NCBI RefSeq assembly: GCF_001194135.2
Contig: NC_068989.1
Location: 58,882,631-58,946,630 of the forward strand
Direction of reading: 5' to 3'
Length of the DNA stretch: 64,000 nucleotides
From: Octopus bimaculoides
Taxonomy: Eukaryota
The position numbers were made by a program, and so were the translations under genes. Positions 23,669 to 36,130 of this stretch are shown piece after piece (the stretch's first letter is position 1; each line of letters starts with the position of its first letter). The notes beneath the pieces are model-generated. The model saw nothing but the letters and a program-made list of their open reading frames with translations, did not search any database and was not told where the DNA came from.

Positions 23669-25184
23669 TCATACTTGCCTCAAGACGACGGAGCTAGTCG
23701 TTCAAGAATCAGTCTACGTGGCCACCTGAGCACTTACCGTTCCATTTTATAATCTCTGGATAAGAGGAGCTGCTATTAAACATGATAAAGACCAAATTGA
23801 CTTCTGCTTTGTTTAGTTAATTACTCACTTTAACATAAAATTCACAGCTATCTATCTTCAAAAAGTTTCTAGCACTATTTATGGATCCCAGGACAATACC
23901 CCCACATGTCTTTCCTGTCTCCCCTGACTCGCTTGTCTCGCCTGTCTTGCCTGTCTAGAATACAAGAGAACATGGCGTTACCTCGAAAGAAGAATATAAA
24001 AACCAAGTGACGATAGTTGTAATCTGTACCTATCAATTAAAATAAATACACCACTTTATAGAAGTTCAGACGGATAACTTTTTTTGTGGTTTTATATCAA
24101 TATATTTAATATATTTATTAAATATTTTAAAAGGTATTTTCAATTACTTGACGGTTGACAACCTTATGAAGATAAGTAACATATACGTCTTAAAAGTATC
24201 AAAATATTTCTTCAAATTAAGTGTGCAAAAATTTGACCAAAATGTGTAGCATTATATAGCATTCTACTAAGTGGATAGTAATATATAATTAACGTATTTA
24301 TTTGAGGGATTTTGCATTGAATGCTGTCTTTAAAGAAATAGCTATTGCATTCACTAAAATGAATACTTAAAAATAGTTAAACATTGAATTAATAATTCTA
24401 ACCTTTTTAATTTCAAGACAAAATAAAATTCATAAACTGCTCTACTATCTTGTACTGAGCACTTAACACATTTAGACTTTTGACATCCTATACATACATA
24501 CATACACACATACATAGATGCATGCAATATATATNNNNNNNNNNNNNNNNNNNNNNNNNNNNNNNNNNNNNNNNNNNNNNNNNNNNNNNNNNNNNNNNNN
24601 NNNNNNNNNNNNNNNNNNNNNNNNNNNNNNNNNNNNNNNNNNNNNNNNNNNNNNNNNNNNNNNNNNNNNNNNNNNNNNNNNNNNNNNNNNNNNNNNNNNN
24701 NNNNNNNNNNNNNNNNNNNNNNNNNNNNNNNNNNNNNNNNNNNNNNNNNNNNNNNNNNNNNNNNNNNNNNNNNNNNNNNNNNNNNNNNNNNNNNNNNNNN
24801 NNNNNNNNNNNNNNNNNNNNNNNNNNNNNNNNNNNNNNNNNNNNNNNNNNNNNNNNNNNNNNNNNNNNNNNNNNNNNNNNNNNNNNNNNNNNNNNNNNNN
24901 NNNNNNNNNNNNNNNNNNNNNNNNNNNNNNNNNNNNNNNNNNNNNNNNNNNNNNNNNNNNNNNNNNTAAATCTATATATATTCATACACACACACACACA
25001 CACACGCACGCACGCACGCACGCACGCACGCACACAGCACACACATAAAGTGTATTCAAACGTTGAATGTTGTCGAAGAATAAGGAAGAGCGAATTCAAT
25101 ATACGTTAGTAAATATAGTTTATTTAGACAGAATTCCTTTCTGACGACTTGAGTTTATATGTATTACTCTGTGTGTGTGTGTGT

Positions 25185-25221
<37 letters not shown>

Positions 25222-26879
25222 CGTGTGCATGTTTGTGGACAGGCAATCGCGCGTGTGTGTGTGTGTGTATGTGTGTTTGCGCGCGCGTGTGCGGAAAGTA
25301 GCTTTGCACTTGAATGAGTATTTCATTAGTATCTACAGCATCTAGAGGGCATTAGATGTAGTCTAAAACAGATTGCAGTCTGTCCACCTTTCCGTAATTC
25401 TTGATGCTTGTTCCAAACTTCTAACAGAAGGTAAAAGATGTATATTTTCCTAACTGAAAAACTGTCCAAATTAACATATTCTGCAATAAAGAAGCCATCC
25501 ATGCGCAATTATACAAAACATAAATGCAAAGAAAAAAGCGAGTATTTATTACCACACACGTGCCATAATATTTAGTCTCCCAAAGCGCACGCAGATCGCA
25601 TTCATATACTTCTTCACACACACACACACAAACACAGACGTACGTAAATATACACGTGCGCCCTCATACGCACATGTATTTTACTTAACGTACATATATT
25701 TTTATATCTTATAGTATATTAAATACTTGGCTATACATACACGCATACTATTCATATTATGTTTTTAAACAATTGCGATATATATTTAAGGTTTGCAATG
25801 AAAGACTACTACACTGCCATATGTTTGGTGTTTATATTCAATCGTGTGTGATAGAGTCCATTGGAGCGAAGGGCGAATATGGCAAGTTTGCCTGATGGTT
25901 TCGACAACTGGTTTCTTAATAGCAATTAAAAAGGGAGCTGGGAGTAAATACATCATCCCCAAATCTCCAAAGTAATCTGAGTTTCTATCTTAGATACGTG
26001 ATTATTTTGTCTTCATTCTCTAACCTTACCAGTATTTCTGCAGTATTTATACATTCACTGTTATTTGTATACTAAATCGCAAAAGCTGACTCTGAAAAGT
26101 TAGGTATTATTTGCAGACCCAGGAAATACTCCAGCTTCGAACAGATGCTGACCCTTACAAGTACGCTTTCTTCACACGACCCCCATATCTGGGAAAATTA
26201 AGTTGCTGCCAAACTGACTTAGTGGAGTGAATCGAATGGTAGTTCAACTGGTTGATATATAAACCTCTCTTTCATAGGTTAGAAACACTGACCGGTTGAA
26301 ATTACACAAATTGTATCTAAAAATTCTTACATTTGCCTTTTTATATTTTTACTGCCTTACCCACTAATCAATACACTTAACACTCGCCTCATCTTTTATT
26401 CTTGTGTAGCCAAACTCCTTATTCATCTCAAAGTTTCTCTCACAAGTACCAAACAGGAGTCGTTGAAACTGAGCAATCATCAACGTAACCAGTCTAGGAG
26501 TACACAGACAAAAACTACAAGCAGTACACAGTACATAAATAACATTATACGGTAGCAAGTATGTAATTATTACACCAAAAATCACAATAGTTCTGAATTC
26601 ACATTTCATTAATTTCATATTCTATTTTTTGATTTTGAGGAATCATCATATTTATATCTACCTCTTATGATCCTAAGTATGATCGTGTAACTTCAACCGC
26701 CTTGGTATTTGATAATACTTCCTCAGCTGTTACTAACAGTTATCTGACACAACTTTTGAGAAAAGACGATAGTGTATTCTATCCCCTAAAATTTATTCCT
26801 CCTCTCCGAGCAAACCTGCTAGATACCGACTTACCACCTTCACTTCTTATAACGCAATTGTGATGAAAGCGGTCATCAA

Positions 26880-27232
26880 CAGTCATCATATTTCAACCTC
26901 TTGTTCACCAGCTATGCGGATGATGCTGAAGAAAACAATATGCAGTTCAATGCTGAGAAATTTCGAAACACCGTTTTTGATCCGCAAACAGAATGAAGTC
27001 AGAATACACAATTCATGAACCGAGAATTCACATGAATGGTGATGCCTCATTCTATGGAGAACAGTCGCCTGGATTACTCCTCTCAATTATGGTCGCCACA
27101 AAGCGTGAAGCTAATTGCAGACCTGAGGCCAGCCACCAAAGCACACCAAGAAGACTGTCACGGTGCAAAAGATGAGCTACTGGGAGAGGATAAATGAATG
27201 GAGACTCTCTTCCAAGAGAGAAATGATGCGTC
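26880..27232 (+). mobile_element. CR1/L2-group LINE RT relic with internal deletions
   Basis: SYADD (YADD at 26913-26924) fused to AEENNMQFNAEKF, then LDYSSQLWSP and [13 protein letters not shown], all canonical CR1 motifs. Confidence 0.88.
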
Positions 27233-27239
27233 CCAACTG

Positions 27240-27316
27240 CACACACGCACACACGCACACACACACACATACATATATATGTGTATGTATGTATGTATCT
27301 GTGTATGTTGTGTATG

Positions 27317-27358
<42 letters not shown>

Positions 27359-27368
27359 GTTGGGACGC

Positions 27369-27451
<83 letters not shown>

Positions 27452-27540
27452 AACACACACACATACACACGCACACATATATGTCTGTGTAGGTGTGTAT
27501 GAAACCATATATATGTGTGTGTGTGTTTGGTTTCACACAC
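27240..27540. repeat. (CA)n/(TA)n compound microsatellite
   Basis: direct reading. Confidence 0.95.
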
Positions 27541-27555
27541 ACAATCACAAACATA

Positions 27556-27718
27556 TAGGCGCAGGTATGGCTGTGTAGTGAGAAACTTGCTTCCCAACCA
27601 CATGGATCTGGGTTTAGCCCCAGTGCGCAGCACCTTGGGTGTCTTTTACTATAGCCACGGGCCAGCCAGAGCCTCATAAGTGGATTTGGTAGACAGAAAC
27701 TGAAAGAAACCCGCCACA
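27556..27718 (+). mobile_element. SINE family B, 5' half
   Basis: GCAGGTATGGCTGTGTAGTGAGAAACTTGCTTCCCAACCAC...GCACCTTGGG...GGATTTGGTAGACAGAAACTGAAAG, followed by microsatellite. Confidence 0.9.
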
Positions 27719-29715
27719 TATATGTATATATATATATATATGCATATGTCTATGTGTGCGTTTCGATTTCAACCTCTAATCTGAGATCAAATCCCTCACC
27801 AAACAACACCCACCCACCGGGAAACACACATATATCCGCACATCTCTATACACACGCATACACTCATAAACACATCAACACTACCGTAATACACTCGTCA
27901 GCACACATACACATGTTCCTTTATTGATGCATGTTTGTGTATCTGTATGTGTTCGTTTGTTAGAGGGTGTTGTGTGTGTATGTGTGTCTATGTGTATGAA
28001 GCCTATTCCTGATAAATAGGTGCTTGATTAAGCGAATTGCACAAATAACTCGACGTAGAATCAGAACAGTAGACTCAACTAAGCGTTGTACATCTTATTC
28101 ATTCAGGCATTCCACCTTAAACACATCTACCTTCTAATATCTTTATACACCAAAACACAATATACATGTTTTACACTATTAAGTATAGAACAATTGCACA
28201 AAAAGCTGCTAAAAGGAATAATTAATTTCCTTATCTAAAAGAAAAAGCAAAAGACACCAAGAAAATTCTCTATCAAAACCACTCTTTAAATTACTTCACT
28301 GCCATTCTTCTTCTTGATTTGTTTCACCCTACTACTTCATGATTTGCCCACCCTCACTGCCTACATATCAACAGGAACTACCCTCGGTTGCTTGTGAGCT
28401 TTACTAGGCCACATAGCAGGGTGACGTTTGCGTTTGCCTTTGAGCTTGTTGTTTTTAGTTTTAACTACTTTTTCTCAATCTTCAATTCCTTTTGCATCAT
28501 TGTCTTCTCCTCCCACACTCACTTCATGCTCCTCTTCGTTAACTTTTTTCTCTGCTCCAACACATCCCCATCTCCCTCTTTTTTTCTTCCTTTCTCGCTG
28601 ATTTACCATTCATTCTTCTCTATTTATAGCCTTCCTCTCAACTTCACACCCATTATATAAACCCTCTTTCATTCATGCTCACTCTTTTCTAGCTCTAATC
28701 TTTTCAGCTCCTTACGCTTAGCATTATTTTCTCACGCTCGGTTCCCCAACCCCTGAATTGTCCTCCCATTATCCACCCTCCGTACCAACTTCAGACTCCT
28801 GTCTTTAACCTCCAATGCTACCTTCTACAACCATCGCCTCCTCCTTTCATTCAAATACTACCTGATACTGCTAATTCCCTTCTTTCGACTGTTGAAAACA
28901 TTATACAGATCAAGTTTCACATATGCAGTCATGCCGACCATTAACAACGTCAGCTCCATGTCTTTGAAAACGGCGCTTGCTTACTCTAATGATAACAGAG
29001 TCGCTTGAGTTAGTAGCATGATGCAGACGACCGTAGATAAAATGTGAGACAACACCCAGATATTTCCATTCATTGCAAAACCTCGGCTACTCAATGTGAA
29101 AAGTCACTATAATGAAATCTAGATGAAAGACGCAAGTATATTAAATATAAGCAACTATAGATGTTATTAACACTGACTTTATACTGTAAGATAGAATGAA
29201 ACGAAATAAGCATAAGAATTATATTTGTTTCTGTTGATTACATTTTTGATTATTCTCGAGGGAAATAGAAGGTTATGAAGTATATGCCTCTTTCAAACGT
29301 TTAGGGTAAGTGAATTAGTTCCAAGAAAAACCGAGACCCAGCTCAGTGGTAGCATAAATCTTGTAAAGAGAATTATATTAATTTCTTGTGAGGAACCACA
29401 AAAACTCTACAAATTAATTAGGGAGATGAGAGGTTGTGAAGTGTATGCAACAGCAATGTCAATAAAGTGGTTTGGTTTAAACTAGACACTGAGTCCATGT
29501 CATTCAATCACCTTGGCGAACACTAACTGTCAAATAGAAAAATTGTTGCATTTAAAAAAATTCTTGAATAAGCGGAACTCAAAAGTTCCGTTTAAGTTAG
29601 CTGGAAATGTAACACTGCAGAAGCTCCTGACAATCCAAATCTCTCTTATATGTGATCAAGATGTCAACCTTTACTAGAGCCAAGTATGAATTTGCTTGAA
29701 GTGATGCGGTGATAT

Positions 29716-29990
29716 AAACTGGCACTCCGTCGGTTACGACGACGAGGGTTCCAGCCTGCTCGTGAAATTAACGTAGAAGTGGCTGAGCATTCCACAGACA
29801 TGCATACCCTTACGTGCTTCTCAGGGAGATTCAGCCTGACACAGAATTTGATAAGGCTGGCTCCTTGAAATACAGGTATTGTATATTTTTGCCAGTTGAA
29901 CGGACTGGAGTAAGTCAAATGAAATGTTTCGCTCAAGGACACAATGCGCCACCGGTAATCGAACCGAATACTTTAAGCCATGCACCTTCA
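29716..29990 (-). mobile_element. Mosaic SINE: family D-type head/CORE-like module plus family C-type 3' module
   Basis: 29721-29878 aligns to 18808-18985; 29885-29965 aligns to 61645-61730. Confidence 0.85.
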
Positions 29991-30233
29991 CAGTTCCGTG
30001 ATATAAACTAATCACTAAAATAACTTAAATTTAACATAATTAGAATTTTGAAAATTTTTTGTGACCTTTAATAACGGGTTTTTGTTCAAATAACTCCAAT
30101 TAATTTCAACTGAATAATTAAATTATTTGTAAAGATTCACTTTATTCAATTTCAATAATCTTCAAATTTAACACGAAAACAGAATATTCACTTTCTGGTT
30201 TTTAGAAATATTCTTTTCTTACTAGGCACACCT

Positions 30234-30420
30234 TTATAGAAGAATTCTACAGTTTGTATTTTCGACAACAGTATATAGTTGGTTGTTATTATTGGACTCT
30301 GTCATCGCTTCGACGAAGGAGGGTTTCAGCAGGGCACAGCTGCACTGTGTTCTTAGTTCGATGTTTTGCCGTGTAATGTCGTGGGAAATCAGACTTGTAT
30401 CTCTACCAGACAAAAAGGAC
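30234..30420 (-). CDS. Candidate terminal coding exon (possibly of the PQR-repeat gene)
   Basis: Acceptor TTTCTCTATTGACTTTAAG|. The phase-2 frame is open for 61 codons (SFLSGRDTSLISHDITRQNIELRTQCSCALLKPSFVEAMTESNNNNQLYTVVENTNCRILL*); the other two frames close early. Confidence 0.3.
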
Positions 30421-30691
30421 CTTAAAGTCAATAGAGAAACCCAATTAGTATTGTAAGCGTTGTAATGCAGCTGTAAAGAGACTGCGGGTCGATTTCGATT
30501 TGTGTTTGTAGCTATGTAACTTGATAACTGCCGCTAAGTTTCACAATGATTTCACATGAAAGATACATTATAGTCAGCCTAAAGTCTTTGTCAACTAAAG
30601 CAACTATGTGAACAACTAATAAGTTAGAAATATTTGTGAAGGTATAATCGATATATATATATATATAACATAAGTGTATATGTGTGTATAG

Positions 30692-30724
<33 letters not shown>

Positions 30725-30943
30725 GACAGACAGACACACACACACACACACACACACATACACACACACACACACACATACACACACACANNNNNNNNNN
30801 ACACACACACATACACACACACACACACACATACACACACACACACATAAATACATACATTGAGATAAAAAAAATTAGGGAAGCCATTAGAAGGAAGAGA
30901 CCGAACAAGAATTTGAAAACGTTCCACATTCACTATTTCTTGC

Positions 30944-30998
30944 CTTGCCAGATCAGTGAGGTTGTGGTGTAGATTCAGTTTCACCCTGATCAAACTAA
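30944..30998 (-). CDS. Candidate internal exon with GC donor
   Basis: TATGTTGTAG| ... AAG|GCAAG; phase 1 to 2, SLIRVKLNLHHNLTDLA; phase-compatible with its neighbours but with weak sites. Confidence 0.2.
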
Positions 30999-31653
30999 CT
31001 ACAACATAATGAGTGACGTACATATCTGTTCTTCTAGTGACAGCGTATTGCACATCTCGATATGCAGTGAGGAATGCTATAGGATGCAGTGTGATAATCT
31101 GCGTGAAAGTGTATCGGATCTAGTCAAACTGATTCGCAAAATATGCATTTTCTAAAAGGAAGTGGACAAATCTGAAAATCAGCTATAATAATGTAGTTTT
31201 CCAGTCTCATTTCTATGAAGGTACGATGTTGGGGAGAAATAAATTCGAGGAAAAACTTACAGAGGTTTAACAATCGGAAAAACTGTATTTTTAGCCAATA
31301 AGGAAACAAGAATTTTCTGCGTTTAGCGGAGCGGTGTCAACTTTAATGTTGTATCCTGTGAAATTTATAGTTTAGCGTCTGTGACGTTCATTGTAGGTTT
31401 CTAAATAAACAAAAATACCTAATAAAATCAACATGTATCGCCTTACTGTCTCTTTTGTCACCTCATTGATTGTTTTTTTTTATTTTTTTAAATTTGTTAT
31501 ATTAATATATTTGTCTACATGTGTTTACTTTGTGCATATTTCAGTATTATGTATACCTTTCATGTATTTGTGTACATCATTAATATATAAGTGCTTGTAG
31601 ATATATGTATTCATATATAAGTTTATATGTACATATATGCATTTATGTGTGTG

Positions 31654-31726
<73 letters not shown>

Positions 31727-31971
31727 GTGTGCGTGTATGTGTATGAAAAGGAGGCATCTGTCTCCTAAACGTTTTCATGCTTGGATTTGTAAACTACGAT
31801 AAGAATAACACTGGTCAACAGAGAATTTCTCCCAAATAAAAAAATGTGAAGCTAACAGTTTAAGAAATACTCCTAATTTAAATGTTTATGAATAGAATTA
31901 ACTTAGTGAAATCATAAATCGAGCTATCTGAGACAATGAGTCCCTGTAGGTTGGCAATACTGTCCATTCAC

Positions 31972-31989
31972 CTTCATAATGCCAAGAAA
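31972..31989 (-). CDS. Candidate 18-nt micro-exon (SWHYE)
   Basis: Acceptor TGTTTATACAG|, donor AAG|GTGAAT, phase 1-1, in frame with the exon at 32622-32749. Confidence 0.35.
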
Positions 31990-32120
31990 CTGTATAAACA
32001 TCGTAAACAACTTTAATTATATTTGCAGTGACTTAACATCCAGATCACAAAGACGACGTTTCACGTTACTGATTACGTGCAGCAAAAACATGGGTGAAAT
32101 GAAACACAACACAGCGTGCG

Positions 32121-32165
32121 GTTGTCATGGTAACAAGCTGCTAATGCGCGCTGTATGTTAATTGG
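32121..32165. promoter_or_regulatory. RFX X-box-like palindrome with nearby CCAAT box
   Basis: GTTGTCATGGTAAC at 32121-32134 (X-box consensus GTNRCC-N0-3-RGYAAC, one mismatch); ATTGG at 32161-32165. Confidence 0.4.
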
Positions 32166-32621
32166 CTAAAATTACCCAGATTTTTCAACTTTAATTCCAA
32201 ATGACATCAGATTCTTTCGTTTACGAGATAAAGTAATTGTGTTGATCCTAATCAAAATTCAAAGTTGCATCGACACACCAACATTGAAAGCAATCTGAGC
32301 AAAATTAAAAGGGGCCCATTTTGCGAATGAGACTGACTGGATCCAGTGTATCTTCTGAGGATATTCATTCATACAAAAATATTAGAAAGTGATTTATCCA
32401 CTCGTAATCTACACAGAATAAAAGTCTAATGAAAGAAGAACCCGAAGAGCTGTGGGGAATTTACAAAAACAAACCAGACCCTTTATCAATATAATTCTGA
32501 GTGTTCTATGCCTCACGTTGTACCGACGACAAATACATAGCTTTAAAGACAAATGGTAAAAAGAAAGAAAAAAAAACTCTCTGAAGTCTATGTAGATGAG
32601 CACAAGCTAGAGTATTCATAC

Positions 32622-32749
32622 CAGCAGAAGCAAGTGGGACTATATGACGTTGTGGTATAACACCATCGATAATATAAGGTTCTGACATTGCGACGTAGCG
32701 CTGAGGCATATCACCATAGGCGCTATAGCGCTGAGGCGTATTACCATAG
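32622..32749 (-). CDS. Internal coding exon with three G-x-x-P-Q-R repeats; protein unknown
   Basis: Acceptor CTTTGTCTCTACAG|, donor CTG|GTATGA. 128 nt, phase 2 to 1: YGNTPQRYSAYGDMPQRYVAMSEPYIIDGVIPQRHIVPLASA. PQR is kept while its codons differ at third positions (CCT CAG CGC vs CCA CAA CGT). Confidence 0.72.
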
Positions 32750-34209
32750 CTGTAGAGACAAAGTGTATATATGCGCTTCATGTGGCCTACTCAGTCGATG
32801 TAAAGTTTTTTACCGTACCGTGTGGCGCTAGCTTCATCGTATTTAAAATTAAAATTGGCCTATTGATATCCCGTTGCTAGATGGCAGAAGAAAATTACAA
32901 AATAACCAATTTGTTAATAACGTGTGTCATATTTATATAACTGCATCTGTGTTATAATAAGGTTCTTAGTTTAAGACGACAATAATGGAAGATAATTTAC
33001 TGATGTGGCAACTCTATAATGAGAGTAGAGTCAAATATACTGAGGTGATTAAGTCGACAGACTTTTGGTTCACCTGTCGGTTTTTTTCAACTGATGGATG
33101 AACAAGCCGACAGGCGAAACTTGAAGTCTCAGTCAACTTGATCTTTAAAATGTATTATCTCTGTCTATCTAACTTGGAATAGACATTTAAATGAATTATG
33201 ATATGATCTGCAAAACCAGTTTATTATCATTTGATAGATATTGGTCTAAGCTATGTTAGTTTATTATGAGAAATATATTCCTAAGTCAGATGATAAATCC
33301 TTGAGTTCTACGATGAAAAGTGTTTTTACACGCGTTTCAAGTGGATTTTTAGAGAGACGTTTGAGTGCTTTTTTTTCATTGCTGAAAGGAATTAGAAAAA
33401 CCACTCAAATATTCGGGGAGGAACGTTCAAGTTGTATGTGATAAGAAACAACCTCTTCCTCTTTCTACTGCCCCATATTTCCACTTCGTCATTGATGCGG
33501 TGCTTTTACTACCAAATATCTTCCCCCACTACCATGTTTATTCTTCTTTTCGTAATTATATCTGCTCCAAGAGAAAGAGAATCTGATTGCTTCTCATTAT
33601 ATGCTTGTCTTTGCAGTTAGTATAACTCTAGCTGTTGAGATTTCTGGGTCAAGCACGTGCTTCTACAGTCGCTAGCCACTTATTACCACCCGTCTCATTT
33701 CATCTATTAATCTTCTTTACCCCAGCTCCTAATACGACCTTCGCTATGATCAACTCTTTGCAGTGCACCCATTTTCTTTCTAACATTCCCCTTCTCTTCA
33801 ATCCCCGCACCCCAAACACCTAACTCGACTTATAATTGTTCCTATGACCCCGGCCAAGCATATTTCCTCTCTTTTCAAACTGAAGGACTAAAAGTATTAT
33901 TTCAGTATCGCGTTATACCCAGAAACAATCCTTAGTATTTGAGCTACCCTACAAATATCGATTATTGTGAATCGAACAATTTATTTGATAAGAAAATAAG
34001 AAATTGCAATGAAAGGGTTCGGATATATCTCATGAAATACATCTTTAGTTAAGCAGACTGTAATCTGAGTGTTACATATTCGACACACACACGCTTGTGC
34101 ACACGCGCGCGCACACACACGCACACACACACACAAGCACAAACACACGCGGGCGCGCGAACATAATCACACATATACTCACACACACACGCACGCGTGC
34201 AAACATATT

Positions 34210-34370
34210 TAAATGGATGTGTGATTAAGAAGCTTGCTTTACACCCATGTAGTTTCGGGTTCAGTCCCACTGCATAGCAATTTAGGTGTGTCCTCTACTG
34301 TAGCTCCGGACCGACCAATGACTTGAGTGAATTTGGTAGCTTGGTAGTTTCACGTGCAAGCCCGTGTATA
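34210..34370 (+). mobile_element. SINE family B, 5' half
   Basis: GTGTGATTAAGAAGCTTGC...GGGTTCAGTCCCACTGC...CGACCAA...GAATTTGGTAG. Confidence 0.85.
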
Positions 34371-35224
34371 TATATATATTTGTGATGTCTTTGCAGCTTT
34401 ATTAATAAAGTATATATANNNNNNNNNNNNNNNNNNNNNNNNNNNNNNNNNNNNNNNNNNNNNNNNNNNNNNNNNNNNNNNNNNNNNNNNNNNNNNNNNN
34501 NNNNNNNNNNNNNNNNNNNNNNNNNNNNNNNNNNNNNNNNNNNNNNNNNNNNNNNNNNNNNNNNNNNNNNNNNNNNNNNNNNNNNNNNNNNNNNNNNNNN
34601 NNNNNNNNNNNNNNNNNNNNNNNNNNNNNNNNNNNNNNNNNNNNNNNNNNNNNNNNNNNNNNNNNNNNNNNNNNNNNNNNNNNNNNNNNNNNNNNNNNNN
34701 NNNNNNNNNNNNNNNNNNNNNNNNNNNNNNNNNNNNNNNNNNNNNNNNNNNNNNNNNNNNNNNNNNNNNNNNNNNNNNNNNNNNNNNNNNNNNNNNNNNN
34801 NNNNNNNNNNNNNNNNNNNNNNNNNNNNNNNNNNNNNNNNNNNNNNNNNNNNNNNNNNNNNNNNNNNNNNNNNNNNNNNNNNNNNNNNNNNNNNNNNNNN
34901 NNNNNNNNNNNNNNNNNNNNNNNNNNNNNNNNNNNNNNNCAATCATCAAAGTTGCTCTAAAGACAAGTTTCACAACCATTCGCGATCTCTTTAAGTAATT
35001 TCACATTCACATTCACAACTTAGCAAAAACTGCGACAGAAACAGTCGCCTTTTTCCCCAGGATCTGAAAATGTTTCAGCTCTGAACTGTTGGTGTCTCTT
35101 TAAAGAGTCTAAGTGAGAAAATAACGGAATATAATATTCCCAAATCAGAGTCAGAGTTGCTGATACATAGATGAACATGTCAAAACCCATCCAAAGAAAA
35201 AAATCCAGCCGATGGAGTTATTTG

Positions 35225-35261
<37 letters not shown>

Positions 35262-36130
35262 GCATACATATAGGCACAATATATGCATTCATACACGTAA
35301 CTACGTATATGTGTTTATGTGCGTCTGTTTGTGAGTCATGATTTTTGTAATAGACTCCTTTTCAAAGCTCCCTCGCATTAAATCTCACCAATTGAAAACA
35401 GTAAATTAAATTAAACAAATCTCAGTAATGTATGTCATTTGAATTACCCTTATTTTTAGATTACGTTCGTTATTTTAAAGTTGTTGCCTTTTTATAATGT
35501 TTCCCCTTTTCTCCATTTTCCTTCGTTATTATTATTTTTTGCATCATTAATTTTAGTATTATTTTTTTTTATATATATCTTACATGAAAACTCTAAATAA
35601 TGATACAAGAACCATTGTGAGAAAATAATTTCAATTGAAGTATTTACTTTTGCCAACTAACCTCCTAAGTTCTAAACTAACTATTTAGTATTGTTGTGTC
35701 GTTCATCATTTAACCTACTTTTACTAACTGTAGACGTGTTTTTTAGACTCCATTTCAAAACGATCCCAGTTTCTGAAACAATGAAGTTTCGTTCTATTAC
35801 GGAAATATTTCAATTTATGACCAGCATGTGAAATGTGTCACCTAAATTCCACATGACTCTCGATACTATGTACTTTACATAAAGTGGAAGAGATTGTGAT
35901 GGGATTATTTTACAAAACAGTAAACCACCGTTCTTCATCTCGCCAGGTCAGCACTGTAATCTTAAAGAGTCCCTGTTTGTGAAATGTTCCGTTCGTGTTC
36001 TGCTGGCATGTAAGCTGAAATTACGTGGACACGAGTAAACAAATGAAAGTACTTCTATATCATGATATTAAGTGAAAGATAAGATATTCCTTTTCTGATG
36101 GACTTTCAGAAATGTACTATTACTGTTTAG

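Noticed and set aside
28450-28880. Pyrimidine-rich tracts (also 44060-44260) as possible LINE relics
   Set aside because: No recognisable motif in any frame.
30234-30420. IELRTQCSCAL as a neurotrophin/cystine-knot C-terminus
   Set aside because: The other four knot cysteines were not found in compatible exons; the resemblance is too short.
31972-31989. SWHYEG as the start of an alpha-carbonic anhydrase
   Set aside because: No downstream GPxxW or QSPI exon was found.
32622-32749. Reflectin or PRQFVamide identity for the PQR exon
   Set aside because: It has no MD(X)5MD reflectin motif and no G-K/R amidation or cleavage sites.
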